64,000 bases of DNA from Alphaproteobacteria bacterium (GCA_963923945.1 OZ000551.1:1557580-1621579), one strand, 5' to 3'; counted from the stretch's first letter, positions 10,788-22,003 are shown. Numbers and translations: made by a program. Notes: generated by a model not told the origin, from the letters alone.

Positions 10788-11239
10788 TGCCTCTCATGCG
10801 CGCCCTCATCTGATGGATAGCGATAGCGCGAAATCACCAAGAACGCTTTGAAGAAGCGGATGCTCAACAGAGATATAATGACAATCAGCGGCACCAAAAC
10901 CATCCCATAAACCCATAAAGACGGCATAAAATTGGTTTCCATCCAGACCACCACAATCAACGCCAAACCACCAGTGATCAATATGGAAAATGCCGCCGGT
11001 CCATCACCGCTATCATGTTGTGAGAGATCACAGCCACAGACCGCACAATGATCCACAATTTTGAGCACACCATCATAAAGAGGACCATTCCGGCAGCGAG
11101 GACAACGCGCCCTCAACGCCAGAAAGAGCGCGGAACCAACCAAGTTATGTTGCCGTCCACCAATAGACGAAGGTGAACAAAAACAGCCACACAACATCAA
11201 CAAAATGCCAATACCAAGCCGCCGCCTCAAACCCAACAT
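10784..11239 (-). CDS. DUF983 domain protein (Cys4 zinc-ribbon plus TM helices)
   Basis: Contains CPRCRNGPLYDG…CAVCGCDL (4 Cys) followed by two TM helices. This is the conserved small gene found between ctaE and surf1 in alphaproteobacteria. The start is uncertain because the ORF overlaps the ctaE 3' end. Confidence 0.5.
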   Translation of the reverse strand: MLGLRRRLGIGILLMLCGCFCSPSSIGGRQHNLVGSALFLALRARCPRCRNGPLYDGVLKIVDHCAVCGCDLSQHDSGDGPAAFSILITGGLALIVVVWMETNFMPSLWVYGMVLVPLIVIISLLSIRFFKAFLVISRYRYPSDEGAHERQ

Positions 11240-11975
11240 GATGATTCGGCTTAAAGTGACCGGCCAAGCCTCGGAAAAAGCAGACCAACAAAAATATTGT
11301 CCCGATGATCACATGGGCGCCATGAAAACCGGTGGCCATGAAAAAGGTTGATGAATAAATTCCTTCATCAAAATTGAACTCAGCAATATTGTATTCAAAA
11401 ACCTGTAAGCCGGTGAATGTGATCCCCAACAGAATGGTCAACGCGAGACCAATCAAGAAATTTTTACGGTCATTTTGCCGCAAAGCGTGATGAGCCCAAG
11501 TGACAGTCACCCCCGAAGAGAGCAAAATAAGCGTATTCAGCAACGGAATCCCAAAAGGATCAAAGAGCTTGCCCTGTAAATCGACCGGTGGCCAGACACC
11601 GCCGGTGACTTCCTTTCGGGTCACCAATTCCGGACTGTTTGCACCAGGAAATAAAGCCACATCAAAAAAGGCCCAAAACCAAGCAACAAAAAACATCACT
11701 TCCGAAGCGATAAACAAGACCATGCCATAACGCAGACCAATCTGAACAATGGCATTATGATGCCCCTCACGTTCGCCTTCCCGTACAACATCGCGCCACC
11801 ACATGCATGCCGTAAACAATAAGCCCAGTCCACCAATAGCCAACCAGGTGGAACCAAGGCCGTGCATGGTTTCGACAACGCCCCAAAACATGACCAAAGC
11901 CGAAACAGACCCGAAAAAGGGCCACGGGCTCGGATCAACAAGGTGATAGGGATGTTTTTGAACATGGTCGCTCAT
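11145..11975 (-). CDS. ctaE: cytochrome c oxidase subunit III
   Basis: The 276-aa, 7-TM product contains HHALRQ and the FVYWWTAT C-terminal motifs typical of COX3. Confidence 0.9.
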   Translation of the reverse strand: MSDHVQKHPYHLVDPSPWPFFGSVSALVMFWGVVETMHGLGSTWLAIGGLGLLFTACMWWRDVVREGEREGHHNAIVQIGLRYGMVLFIASEVMFFVAWFWAFFDVALFPGANSPELVTRKEVTGGVWPPVDLQGKLFDPFGIPLLNTLILLSSGVTVTWAHHALRQNDRKNFLIGLALTILLGITFTGLQVFEYNIAEFNFDEGIYSSTFFMATGFHGAHVIIGTIFLLVCFFRGLAGHFKPNHHVGFEAAAWYWHFVDVVWLFLFTFVYWWTAT

Positions 11976-12162
11976 GAGTTTTGCTCTCCTCTTGACCCAA
12001 TATGGATGAATCGCAATCGCACCGGGTCCCGATACTGTTGAATTAAAATTAAGTGAATCAAAAAATACTGAGAATTGAGATGGTTTTTCTGTTTGATCGT
12101 TTTAAAATTATCATTTTTAAAATTAACGTCTCACCCGCTTAATATCAGACCGATATCAGATA

Positions 12163-12849
12163 TCAAAATGGTCGGGTAGTGGTTAAATCATCCCTGATTA
12201 TGATGGAATTTGAAACACGCGACAAGCTCTTGCTGAAGATTTCCGGTTTCTCGCCATGAGCCGCATTGTGATTGGCTGTATCCGCGTTCCCTCCATCACG
12301 ATTGACGACCGGGAAAAATGTATAAGATAAAGTTATTGTCGAAATATCTTCCATATTGGGGTCATCATCAATCGCTGGATCAATATAAAATGCGACCGGC
12401 ATATCAACATCTTGACCGGGAGCCAGGGATTGCTCCTCAAAACAGAAACAATCAATTTTGTTGAAATAAGCACCGACTTTGAGCGGCGTAACATTATAAG
12501 TGGCCGTCCCGGTGGTTGTTGTCGTGCCCCGATTGGCAGCCTGGTAAAAAGCCAAGCCTTGTTCACCAACATGCAGAATGATTTCTTTTTGAGCCGGTTT
12601 AAAGCGCCACGGTAGAGAGCGGCTGATATCGGCATTAAAGCGGACGGTAATCTGGCGGTCTAAATGCTGGACCGGCGCGGTATCAGCACTACGTGGCGTA
12701 CCACCATAACCGGTGACTTGGCAAAACAGTTGATACAAGGGGACCGAAGCATAGGCCAAGCCGACCATCATCACCACAACACCAGCCAAAACGAACGCAG
12801 AGCGCCGATTATGGGCAGATCGGTTCTTATCATCACGCATTTTCATCAC
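12163..12849 (-). CDS. ctaG: cytochrome c oxidase assembly protein CtaG/Cox11 (copper delivery)
   Basis: Has an N-terminal TM and the Cox11 CFCF copper-binding motif (KIDCFCFEEQ). The track start is GTG at 12849; an ATG lies 3 nt downstream. Confidence 0.85.
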   Translation of the reverse strand: MMKMRDDKNRSAHNRRSAFVLAGVVVMMVGLAYASVPLYQLFCQVTGYGGTPRSADTAPVQHLDRQITVRFNADISRSLPWRFKPAQKEIILHVGEQGLAFYQAANRGTTTTTGTATYNVTPLKVGAYFNKIDCFCFEEQSLAPGQDVDMPVAFYIDPAIDDDPNMEDISTITLSYTFFPVVNRDGGNADTANHNAAHGEKPEIFSKSLSRVSNSIIIRDDLTTTRPF

Positions 12850-12983
12850 GACCCCCCCATACGCAATACGGTAATCATATAAAATAAAACAGCCAACCCC
12901 AACAGCGATAACCCTAAAACAATGTTGCGGAACCGACGGCGTTGTGCGGCCTCTTCCTGCTTATGTCTGTCTTTGGATACCAT
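12846..12983 (-). CDS. small (45 aa) single-TM protein translationally coupled to ctaG (stop TGA overlaps ctaG GTG/ATG)
   Basis: Manual translation of the minus strand gives MVSKDRHKQEEAAQRRRFRNIVLGLSLLGLAVLFYMITVLRMGGS. The reading frame is open in the ctaB-ctaG gap and its stop overlaps the ctaG start (gtcgTGATGaaa). The ORF track omits it because it is under 60 aa. Confidence 0.4.
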   Translation of the reverse strand: MVSKDRHKQEEAAQRRRFRNIVLGLSLLGLAVLFYMITVLRMGGS

Positions 12984-13009
12984 CGGATCAAAACGACCAA
13001 AAAACGTGA

Positions 13010-13939
13010 TCAAAAACCGCTAATGGTGACCGGATTGTCGATGATTGCATAATCGACCAGCATGGCTGAGAACAGAAGGAAGAGATAAAATATTGAATAC
13101 GTAAATAAAGCTCGGGCTGCCGCATGACCATCCCGCGCGCCGATATCCCAGACCGCCAAGGCATGATGCAAAAACAGCCAAGACAACAGAACCGCCGAAA
13201 CCCCATAAACCGCTCCGGCTAAACCCAAAACCCAGGGGAGTATGGCGCTCACCATCAACAGCAGACTATAAATAACAATTTGCCGACATGTTGCCCCGGC
13301 TCCCGCGGTCACCGGCATCATCGGGACCCCGGCTTTGGCATAATCACCATTGCGATACAAAGCCAAGGCCCAGAAATGCGGTGGTGTCCAAAGGAAAATG
13401 ATCAGAGTCATCAAAAGCGGGTAGAGGCTGATTTCTCCACTGGCGGCTGCCCAGCCCACCAGAGGCGGGAAGGCCCCGGCCAGACCACCAATGACAATAT
13501 TCTGCGGTGTGCGGCGTTTCAACCACATGGTGTAAATGAAAACATAAAACCCAATCGTCATCGCTAATAAGAAGGCGGCCAAATAATTCAGGGCCAAGCC
13601 GATGATGGTGACCGAAAATACGGCAAGAATGACCCCGAAGGCCAGGGCGTTGGCGGCGGTCAAACGGCCATCGGGAATCGGTCGTCGCCGTGTGCGAGTC
13701 ATGATGGCGTCGATATCCCGGTCAAACCACATATTGATCGCTCCAGCCGCTCCGGCGCCAACCGCGATACAGAGGACCGCGATGATGCCAAGAATTGGAT
13801 GCGGCTGATGAGGAGCCAACAAAAGGCCAACTGTTGCCGTGAAAACAGCCAACGACATGACCCCAGGTTTGAGGAGAGCCAGAAAATCACCAACCGCGCT
13901 CTCCTCAGTCTCGCAAGCCTCACGCTTAGAAGGCGTCAT
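13010..13939 (-). CDS. ctaB: protoheme IX farnesyltransferase (heme O synthase)
   Basis: UbiA-family motifs are present (…NMWFDRDIDAIMTRTRRRP…). The track ORF extends to 14062 but codes a repeat-derived low-complexity N-terminus (SSGSMSSGS…ESGVLDSGVLESG). The start at MTPSKRE (13939) gives about 309 aa, which is typical for this enzyme. Confidence 0.8.
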   Translation of the reverse strand: MTPSKREACETEESAVGDFLALLKPGVMSLAVFTATVGLLLAPHQPHPILGIIAVLCIAVGAGAAGAINMWFDRDIDAIMTRTRRRPIPDGRLTAANALAFGVILAVFSVTIIGLALNYLAAFLLAMTIGFYVFIYTMWLKRRTPQNIVIGGLAGAFPPLVGWAAASGEISLYPLLMTLIIFLWTPPHFWALALYRNGDYAKAGVPMMPVTAGAGATCRQIVIYSLLLMVSAILPWVLGLAGAVYGVSAVLLSWLFLHHALAVWDIGARDGHAAARALFTYSIFYLFLLFSAMLVDYAIIDNPVTISGF

Positions 13940-14100
13940 TCCAGATTCAAGAACGCCGGAATCAAGAACGCCAGACTCAAGAATGTTGGGTGCGGCAGAA
14001 AGAAGAGCCGGGCGCGACACGGAGCCAGATGACATGGAGCCAGATGACATGGGACCAAACAAAGTGAAATAAAAGAGCCCGTATTTTTACCGCACCACCC

Positions 14101-15684
<1,584 letters not shown>

Positions 15685-15831
15685 TTACTCTTTCGTTTTT
15701 TTGTTCGTTTTTGCAGTTTCACAAGAGACGTTTTTTATTAAGGAATTTTATTAAGAGATGGTTGTTTCGGAAAGTCTTACAAAAACCTCAGATAAGACGG
15801 TGACGAAATCATCAAGAACAGTTTCAGACTC

Positions 15832-16740
15832 TCAAGGGGTATCAGGCCGCATCATCGCGGTACGATCCCAATGGGAATCGGCTTGGGCAAATTCTTCTTG
15901 CGCTTCAATGACCCAAGCGTCGAATTCCTGTTGGCTCACCGCTCTAATGGCAATCGGCATAAAGCCATGATTGACCCCGCATAATTCCGAGCATTGTCCG
16001 TAATACATACCCTCTTGATCGATGCGTAGCCACGTTTCATTGAGGCGCCCAGGGACTGAATCCATCTTGACGCCGAGGGACGGAACCGCCCAAGAATGGA
16101 TAACCCCGGCCGGATCAGCGGCCACCAAAACCCGTATCGTTTTGCCTACCGGCAAGACAACATCGTAATCGGTGGCCAATAGACGCGGCTGGCCTTCTTC
16201 CAAATCTTCATCGGCAACCATAAAGGCATCATAAGTAAACCCGCCATGATCAGGATATTCATAAGACCAATACCACTGATAACTGGTTGTTTTAAGAGTC
16301 ATATCGGCTTCCGGAACGGTACCCGAATAATAGAGCAAACGGAAAGAAGGAATGGCGATAAAAACCAAAATAAGGACCGGGATGACCGTCCAGGCCACTT
16401 CCAAAAAACTGTTATGGACTGTTTTGGTCGGTTTGGGGTTGGCTGAGGCCCGAAACCGCACCATCACATAAATCATCAGACACAAAACAAATAAGGTAAT
16501 CACAGTGATGACCACAAAGACCCAATCATGGAAACCGGTGATCTGTTCCATGACCGGCGATGCGGCCGCTTGAAACCCGGTTTGCCACGGATAGGGTTGG
16601 CCAACAACCTCTGCATGGGCGAAAGACGCCGGGAAAACAGCGCCAACCATTGTGAGGGCAAGGCCAAACAATTGCTCTCTCATCGAACGAAACTTCACCA
16701 AACGAAACCTCATTGAATGAAACCTCCCTTTTTGTCCCAT
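15832..16740 (-). CDS. ctaC: cytochrome c oxidase subunit II
   Basis: Has a signal peptide, two TM helices and the CuA site (CSELCGVNHGFMP). Confidence 0.9.
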   Translation of the reverse strand: MGQKGRFHSMRFRLVKFRSMREQLFGLALTMVGAVFPASFAHAEVVGQPYPWQTGFQAAASPVMEQITGFHDWVFVVITVITLFVLCLMIYVMVRFRASANPKPTKTVHNSFLEVAWTVIPVLILVFIAIPSFRLLYYSGTVPEADMTLKTTSYQWYWSYEYPDHGGFTYDAFMVADEDLEEGQPRLLATDYDVVLPVGKTIRVLVAADPAGVIHSWAVPSLGVKMDSVPGRLNETWLRIDQEGMYYGQCSELCGVNHGFMPIAIRAVSQQEFDAWVIEAQEEFAQADSHWDRTAMMRPDTP

Positions 16741-17385
16741 GTTATATTTTGCTCTCTATAGATTATAAATTAACTCACTCTCCACAAGAGTTCCACGAGA
16801 GGCATATATAACATTTATAATATGTATAAAATCCGTAACACGTAATATTTACAACAAGATAAGATTCAACAATACCATTATGATACTTAGATATGATACT
16901 TAGGTATGATACTTAGGGGTATCCTGCAATCAATATCTCACGTTATTAAGATCAAAATTATTAAGATCAAAATTAAATTAAGATCAAAATTAAGACCAAA
17001 TAATTTTAATCAATTATTTAAAGACAACAAATGAGATCACTTTGTAAGAGATTTCTCGCCTAAAAAATATTCTGTCTAAAGAAACATAAAAGAATTAAGA
17101 GGATGCCGGGATATGAAACCGCATGAATAAATTTTCACATATACAATTGATATCTGCAATTGATGATATCTGCAATTGACATCAATGCAATCAATTATGT
17201 CATACACCAATCATTATAGTATACCAGTGCTTTACCCTTCAAGCATTCTTAAAAAAACTATATATAATCTAAGAACCAACAACTGGATTTTCTAGGTTTT
17301 TTTGTCGCATCCATCCATCGCTGTCATCATCCATTTACATTATAAAGAATGACCAAGCGATAAAGAATGACCAAGCGGCGGGCCC
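16741..17385. promoter_or_regulatory. 645-bp AT-rich divergent intergenic region (ctaC operon / tldD) packed with short tandem direct repeats
   Basis: Repeats present: tatgatacttag x3 (16879-16916), attaagatcaaa x3-4 (16945-17000), caattga(t)atctg x2-3 (17145-17195), and ataaagaatgaccaagcg x2 perfect (17342-17377). There are no spacers and units are too short for CRISPR. Probably promoter/operator DNA. Confidence 0.5.
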
Positions 17386-18867
17386 ATGACCAATATGTCG
17401 GATATGAATATGTCGGATATAAAGTATCCTCATATTGAGGCTTCTCAAGCAGCGGCTCTTTTTTTTCGCCAAAGGGATTTGGATCAACCGCAAGCGACCG
17501 CTCTGATTGCCGATATCCTGACTGGCTGCGATGATGGGGAACTGTTTCTTGAGCAGTGCCAGACCGAATCTCTGGCCTTGGACCGTGGTCATCTGAAATC
17601 AGCCGGGTTTGATATCCGTTGTGGTTTCGGTTTGCGGGCTGTTTATGGCGATGCCACCGGCTATGCCCATGCAACCGAGATCAGCAAAGCCGCCATTGAC
17701 CGAGCTGGCCAGACAATCCGGGCGGTACGCGGCAATTATTCCGGGGCCTTGGCGCCATCACCACCGGCCGCTCAGAGACAATTATACACCAATATTGATC
17801 CATCGACCGAAGCCTCTTTCGCTGAGAAAGCCGCGCTCCTCTCTGATATTGATTCTTATGCCCGTTCTCGTGATCCACGGGTGCAACAAGTCACCGCATC
17901 CCTTTCTTGTTCTTGGCAAGTGGTTTTGATCCTGCGCCCCGATGGCCGGGCGGCAGCCGATATGCGTCCTTTGACCCGTTTGAATGTTGCCATCACTGTG
18001 CGGGGCCGCGATGGTGTTATGGAAACCGGCTCTTACGGTGGTGGTGGACGCTCCCAACTCGGCCATTTATTGGCCTTAGACTATTGGCAGCACAGCGTTG
18101 ATGAAGCCTTGCGCCAAGCCCTGGTCAAGATTGAGGCGATAGCCGCTCCAGCCGGCGAGATGACGGTTGTCTTGGGTCCAGGATGGCCGGGTATTTTGCT
18201 CCATGAAGCGGTTGGCCACGGCCTTGAAGGAGATTTTAACCGCAAAAAAACCTCAGTTTTTGCTGGTTTAATGGGCCAACGGGTGGCCGCCAAAGGGGTG
18301 ACCGTGATTGACAATGGCAGCCTGCCTGATCAGCGGGGTTCCCTGACCATTGATGATGAAGGCACACCCAGTCACCAGACCGTCTTGATTGAGGATGGGG
18401 TCTTGGTCGGCTATATGCAAGATCGCCTAAATGCCCGTTTATCCGGGGTGGCCCCAACCGGCAATGGTCGTCGTCAAAGCTATGCCCATTGTCCGATGCC
18501 GCGAATGACCAATACTTATATGTTGGCCGGGGATCGCCATTCTGCTGATATTATTGCCGCAACCCCTAAGGGCATCTACGCCACCAGCTTCGGCGGTGGA
18601 TCGGTGGATATCACCTCGGGAAAATTCGTCTTTTCAGCCTCCGAGGCTTATATGATCGAAAACGGCAAAATCGGCCCGCCGGTCAAGGGGGCGACATTGA
18701 TCGGTAATGGTGCTGATGCTTTGACCAAAATCAAAGCGATTGGTAATGATTTAGCCTTTGATCAAGGGATTGGAACCTGTGGCAAGGAAGGCCAATATGT
18801 CCCGGTGGGTGTGGGGTTGCCGACTGTGCGTATTGATGGCCTGACGGTTGGTGGAACCCAGGGCTAA
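17386..18867 (+). CDS. tldD: metalloprotease TldD (peptidase U62 / PmbA-TldD family)
   Basis: The roughly 490-aa product has a conserved HExxxH-like region (LLHEAVGHGLEGDF) and a C-terminal GxC motif (GTCGKEGQ). The N-terminal codons (MTNMSDMNMSD) lie in a 15-bp tandem repeat, so the true start may be slightly downstream. Confidence 0.85.
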   Translation: MTNMSDMNMSDIKYPHIEASQAAALFFRQRDLDQPQATALIADILTGCDDGELFLEQCQTESLALDRGHLKSAGFDIRCGFGLRAVYGDATGYAHATEISKAAIDRAGQTIRAVRGNYSGALAPSPPAAQRQLYTNIDPSTEASFAEKAALLSDIDSYARSRDPRVQQVTASLSCSWQVVLILRPDGRAAADMRPLTRLNVAITVRGRDGVMETGSYGGGGRSQLGHLLALDYWQHSVDEALRQALVKIEAIAAPAGEMTVVLGPGWPGILLHEAVGHGLEGDFNRKKTSVFAGLMGQRVAAKGVTVIDNGSLPDQRGSLTIDDEGTPSHQTVLIEDGVLVGYMQDRLNARLSGVAPTGNGRRQSYAHCPMPRMTNTYMLAGDRHSADIIAATPKGIYATSFGGGSVDITSGKFVFSASEAYMIENGKIGPPVKGATLIGNGADALTKIKAIGNDLAFDQGIGTCGKEGQYVPVGVGLPTVRIDGLTVGGTQG

Positions 18868-18896
18868 AACGGCTCAACGCTCAATACGCCGTTTGG
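18867..18896. terminator. weak candidate bidirectional terminator between tldD and the orphan flp
   Basis: The palindrome aaaacggc…gccgttt has a 14-nt loop and T/A tracts on either side. It is the only hairpin in the convergent gap. Confidence 0.3.
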
Positions 18897-18975
18897 CGGG
18901 AATGCCAACCGGTCCATGCCGGTATTTTTCTTGATCGCTTTTCATTTATTGTGATGATGGGGTGGGGGTGTTCCC

Positions 18976-19224
18976 CTATGGTTGGGTGGCTTTATTTTCG
19001 GCATCACTCAGCGTGGTCTGCAGGTCGCTTGCTTGATCCTTGTAAGCGTCAGCAATATGGTCGGCCGCGGCGATGCCAACCAGGGTAATGGTCGCCAAAA
19101 GCAAAACATACTCAATGGCGGTGGCACCGTTCTGGTTGCCGAGCAGAGCGGGCTTGCCGCGTGCCGACCAAGTGCGGAAAAAATCCGATATTCGGCTGAA
19201 AAACAGAGCAAAATTCTTATTCAT
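18976..19224 (-). CDS. flp: Flp/Fap family pilin (orphan copy)
   Basis: Contains the Flp prepilin processing motif G/ATAIEYVLL followed by a hydrophobic helix. The start is chosen at MNKNFALFF (19224), giving an 82-aa prepilin. The track ORF extends to 19266. Confidence 0.6.
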   Translation of the reverse strand: MNKNFALFFSRISDFFRTWSARGKPALLGNQNGATAIEYVLLLATITLVGIAAADHIADAYKDQASDLQTTLSDAENKATQP

Positions 19225-19465
19225 CTGTGTTCTTCTTATCCGTTTTGAAATTTTGAGAATATTCAATGAAAAGCATTTTCAAAAGCACTCTTTATGTTTG
19301 AAGCCGCCAGGACCTCTCCTCTTAAAATAACCGAAAATTGGTAAGAATTTGGTTAATTGCCCGCCCAAAGCCATGCATAAAAAAGGGGCCGCAGAATATG
19401 CGGCCCCGCCAGTTCTTTTGTGATCAGCGATTGCTCGCCATGTTACCCACAAATAAAGACCACAC

Positions 19466-20233
19466 TTATCGCCGACTGCCAAACAGTTGCAACAACAGGA
19501 TGAACATATTGACGAAATCCAGATAAATCCGCAACGCACCATGAATGGCTTTTTTCCCAGCGGTCTCGCTATCATCACTTTCATGATAGCTTTGTTTGAT
19601 CATCTGGGTGTCATAAGCGGTCAAACCGATAAACACCAGCACCCCAATCACCGATATGGCAAACTGCAAGACGCTGCTTCCCAAAAATAGATTGACCAAG
19701 CTGGCGACAATCACACCGATCAGCCCCATGAACAGGAAGGAGCCAAAACGGGAAAGATCCGTCTTGGTGGTATACCCATACAAACTCATCGCCCCGAATG
19801 TCCCGGCGGTGATGAAAAAGACTCGCGCGACCGAGGCCCCAGTATAAACAATGAACAGCGAGGCCATGGATGCCCCCATCACAGCGGCAAACAGCCAAAA
19901 CACGGTCTGAGCGGTACTGGCCCGCATACGTTCAATGCCAAAACTCAAAACCAAAATGAACGCAAAGGGGGCCAGAATAACCAGCCAGCGCAAAGGCGAA
20001 TTGAACAAAGCCTCTCCCAAGCCGGTCAAAGAGAGAATCTGTCCTTCAGGACCAAATGTCACCGCCATTTGAGCCAGCCCGTAAGCAACAATACCGGTTA
20101 ATGCCAAGGCGGAAGCCATATAATTATAAACCCGCAACATAAAGGCGCGTAGACCTTCATCAATCGCCACATCCCGGGCCTGGCCGCGCGCCGACCAAGA
20201 TGTTTGATTACGTGTTTGATTACCCAGAGCCAT
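19466..20233 (-). CDS. Bax inhibitor-1/YccA family membrane protein
   Basis: The 255-aa, 7-TM product has a charged C-terminus, matching the BI-1/YccA (TMBIM) family. Confidence 0.75.
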   Translation of the reverse strand: MALGNQTRNQTSWSARGQARDVAIDEGLRAFMLRVYNYMASALALTGIVAYGLAQMAVTFGPEGQILSLTGLGEALFNSPLRWLVILAPFAFILVLSFGIERMRASTAQTVFWLFAAVMGASMASLFIVYTGASVARVFFITAGTFGAMSLYGYTTKTDLSRFGSFLFMGLIGVIVASLVNLFLGSSVLQFAISVIGVLVFIGLTAYDTQMIKQSYHESDDSETAGKKAIHGALRIYLDFVNMFILLLQLFGSRR

Positions 20234-20854
20234 AAGATTGTTTCTCCCTACCAGTTTTCAAATGAGGATTGACCATAAAAACAGCGTTTCAGAAACTTGA
20301 GAAAATTTCAAAGACTTAAAAAACCATATTTCAGATGGTGTCTCTTACTGAAAAAATCAAGTTCTCAAAAAATCAAGTTCAACCCAATAATGATATAAAT
20401 TAAACCAAAGTCAGGTTAACGTAAAGTCAAACCCATGAAGGATTAAACCAATATAAAGATATATTCCTCAAATAAATAGAATCATCATCTGATACGACCA
20501 TCAGCCTATTAACCTCCGAGCACCGGCCACCTTATGAATGAACAAATATGAATGAACAAATGAATGAACAAGAGCCGTTGCGTTTGGGGGCAACCGCTTT
20601 ATAGAATACCGATGCGATACCATCTGAGATGAACCATCATGGCGTCTATCATTGTTCTGGTCTATCATTGTTCCAGAGCGTTGGGATCAAACGTCTTGGG
20701 ACCATAGAGTTTTGAAGGATCATAGAGTGTTGAGATCGAATGATCACCGGTTCAGCCGATATGATTGCGGTACTCAACCGGTCCCATTCTTTGATCATTT
20801 TTTCTTTGATATTTTTCCCACAGATGAGGATTGACCATAAATGAGAACTGACCA
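20234..20854. repeat. AT-rich intergenic spacer containing at least 5 different tandem repeats, flanked by an 18-bp perfect direct repeat
   Basis: The 18-bp repeat atgaggattgaccataaa occurs at 20262-20279 and again at 20824-20841. Internal tandem repeats: aaaaatcaagttc x2 (20351-20380), atgaatgaacaa x3 (20533-20572), tctatcattgttc x2 (20644-20674), and gga(c/t)catagagt(t/g)ttga x2 (20699-20734). Confidence 0.5.
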
Positions 20855-21910
20855 ATGAAATATCGCCCGCTTGGCCGCACCGGTCTTGATGTGAGCGTGA
20901 TTGGTCTTGGGACCATGACTTGGGGGGAGCAAAACACCCCAGATGAAGCCTATGACCAACTTGATTATGCCCTTGAGCGGGGGGTCAATCTGATTGATGC
21001 TGCTGAATTGTACCCGGTTCCTCCGCGGGCCCAAACCGCAACCCGTACCGAGACCATCATCGGCAACTGGCTCACCGCCCGTAAAAACCGTGATCGGGTT
21101 ATTTTGGCCACCAAGGTGACCGGCCGCTCCGGCGGGCTGGCTTGGTTGCGTGATGGGGAACGTCCTTGCTTGTCGCGTGACCATATCATGATGGCGGTTG
21201 AGGGCAGTTTGAAACGGTTGCAGACCGATTATATTGATCTTTATCAAATTCATTGGCCGGATCGCGCGACCAATTTTTTCGGACAGCTGGGTTTTACCCT
21301 ACCCGAACATGCTCTTGATGACGACAGCATTCCGATTGAGGATCAGCTACAAACCTTGGATGATCTGGTCCGGGCTGGAAAAATTCGTTTTATCGGCCTT
21401 TCCAACGAAACCCCTTGGGGGGTGATGCGGTTTTTGGAATTGGCGGAAAAAAACCGCTGGCCGCGCGCGGTGTCGATCCAAAACCCCTATTCCTTGCTCA
21501 ATCGCAGTTTTGAGGTGGGTCTGGCTGAGGTTGCCTTTCGTGAATCGTGTGGTTTGTTGGCCTATTCACCGCTGGCTTTTGGGATGCTCACCGGTAAATA
21601 TGATGGCGGTAAACAGCCGGAAAAAGGCCGCTTGACCATATTTGGCGAGATGTTTGACCGCTATACCAAGCCGCGGGGCCGTCGGGCGGCGGCAATCTAT
21701 AACCGCATTGCGGTTGATCATGGACTCATTCCAGCCCAAATGGCCCTTGCTTATGTCAACAGCCGGTCTTTTGTGACCAGTAATCTCATCGGTGCCACCA
21801 CGATGGAACAGCTGGCGACCAATATTGATAGCGTTGATCTCACTGTGCCCGATTCGGTCATTCAGGCCATCGAAATGGCCCATGCTGAGGACACCTATCC
21901 TTGTCCTTAG
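20855..21910 (+). CDS. aldo/keto reductase (Tas-like, NADP-dependent)
   Basis: The 351-aa product has an AKR N-terminus (MKYRPLGRTGLDVSVIGLGTMTWG) and catalytic tetrad context (…DLYQIHWPD…). Confidence 0.85.
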   Translation: MKYRPLGRTGLDVSVIGLGTMTWGEQNTPDEAYDQLDYALERGVNLIDAAELYPVPPRAQTATRTETIIGNWLTARKNRDRVILATKVTGRSGGLAWLRDGERPCLSRDHIMMAVEGSLKRLQTDYIDLYQIHWPDRATNFFGQLGFTLPEHALDDDSIPIEDQLQTLDDLVRAGKIRFIGLSNETPWGVMRFLELAEKNRWPRAVSIQNPYSLLNRSFEVGLAEVAFRESCGLLAYSPLAFGMLTGKYDGGKQPEKGRLTIFGEMFDRYTKPRGRRAAAIYNRIAVDHGLIPAQMALAYVNSRSFVTSNLIGATTMEQLATNIDSVDLTVPDSVIQAIEMAHAEDTYPCP

Positions 21911-22003
21911 AGTCCTTGTCTTTGACCTCTGTTCCTGAGAGAGGCCGGGTTTATCGAGTCGCTGTTTTGAGATGGTTCTTAAGGCTGATCTGGTGGGCAA
22001 TTT

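Noticed and set aside
16879-17200. Possible CRISPR array in the ctaC-tldD spacer
   Set aside because: The repeat units are 12-18 bp and directly adjacent without unique spacers. There are several unrelated families and no cas genes, so these are tandem microsatellite-like repeats, not CRISPR.
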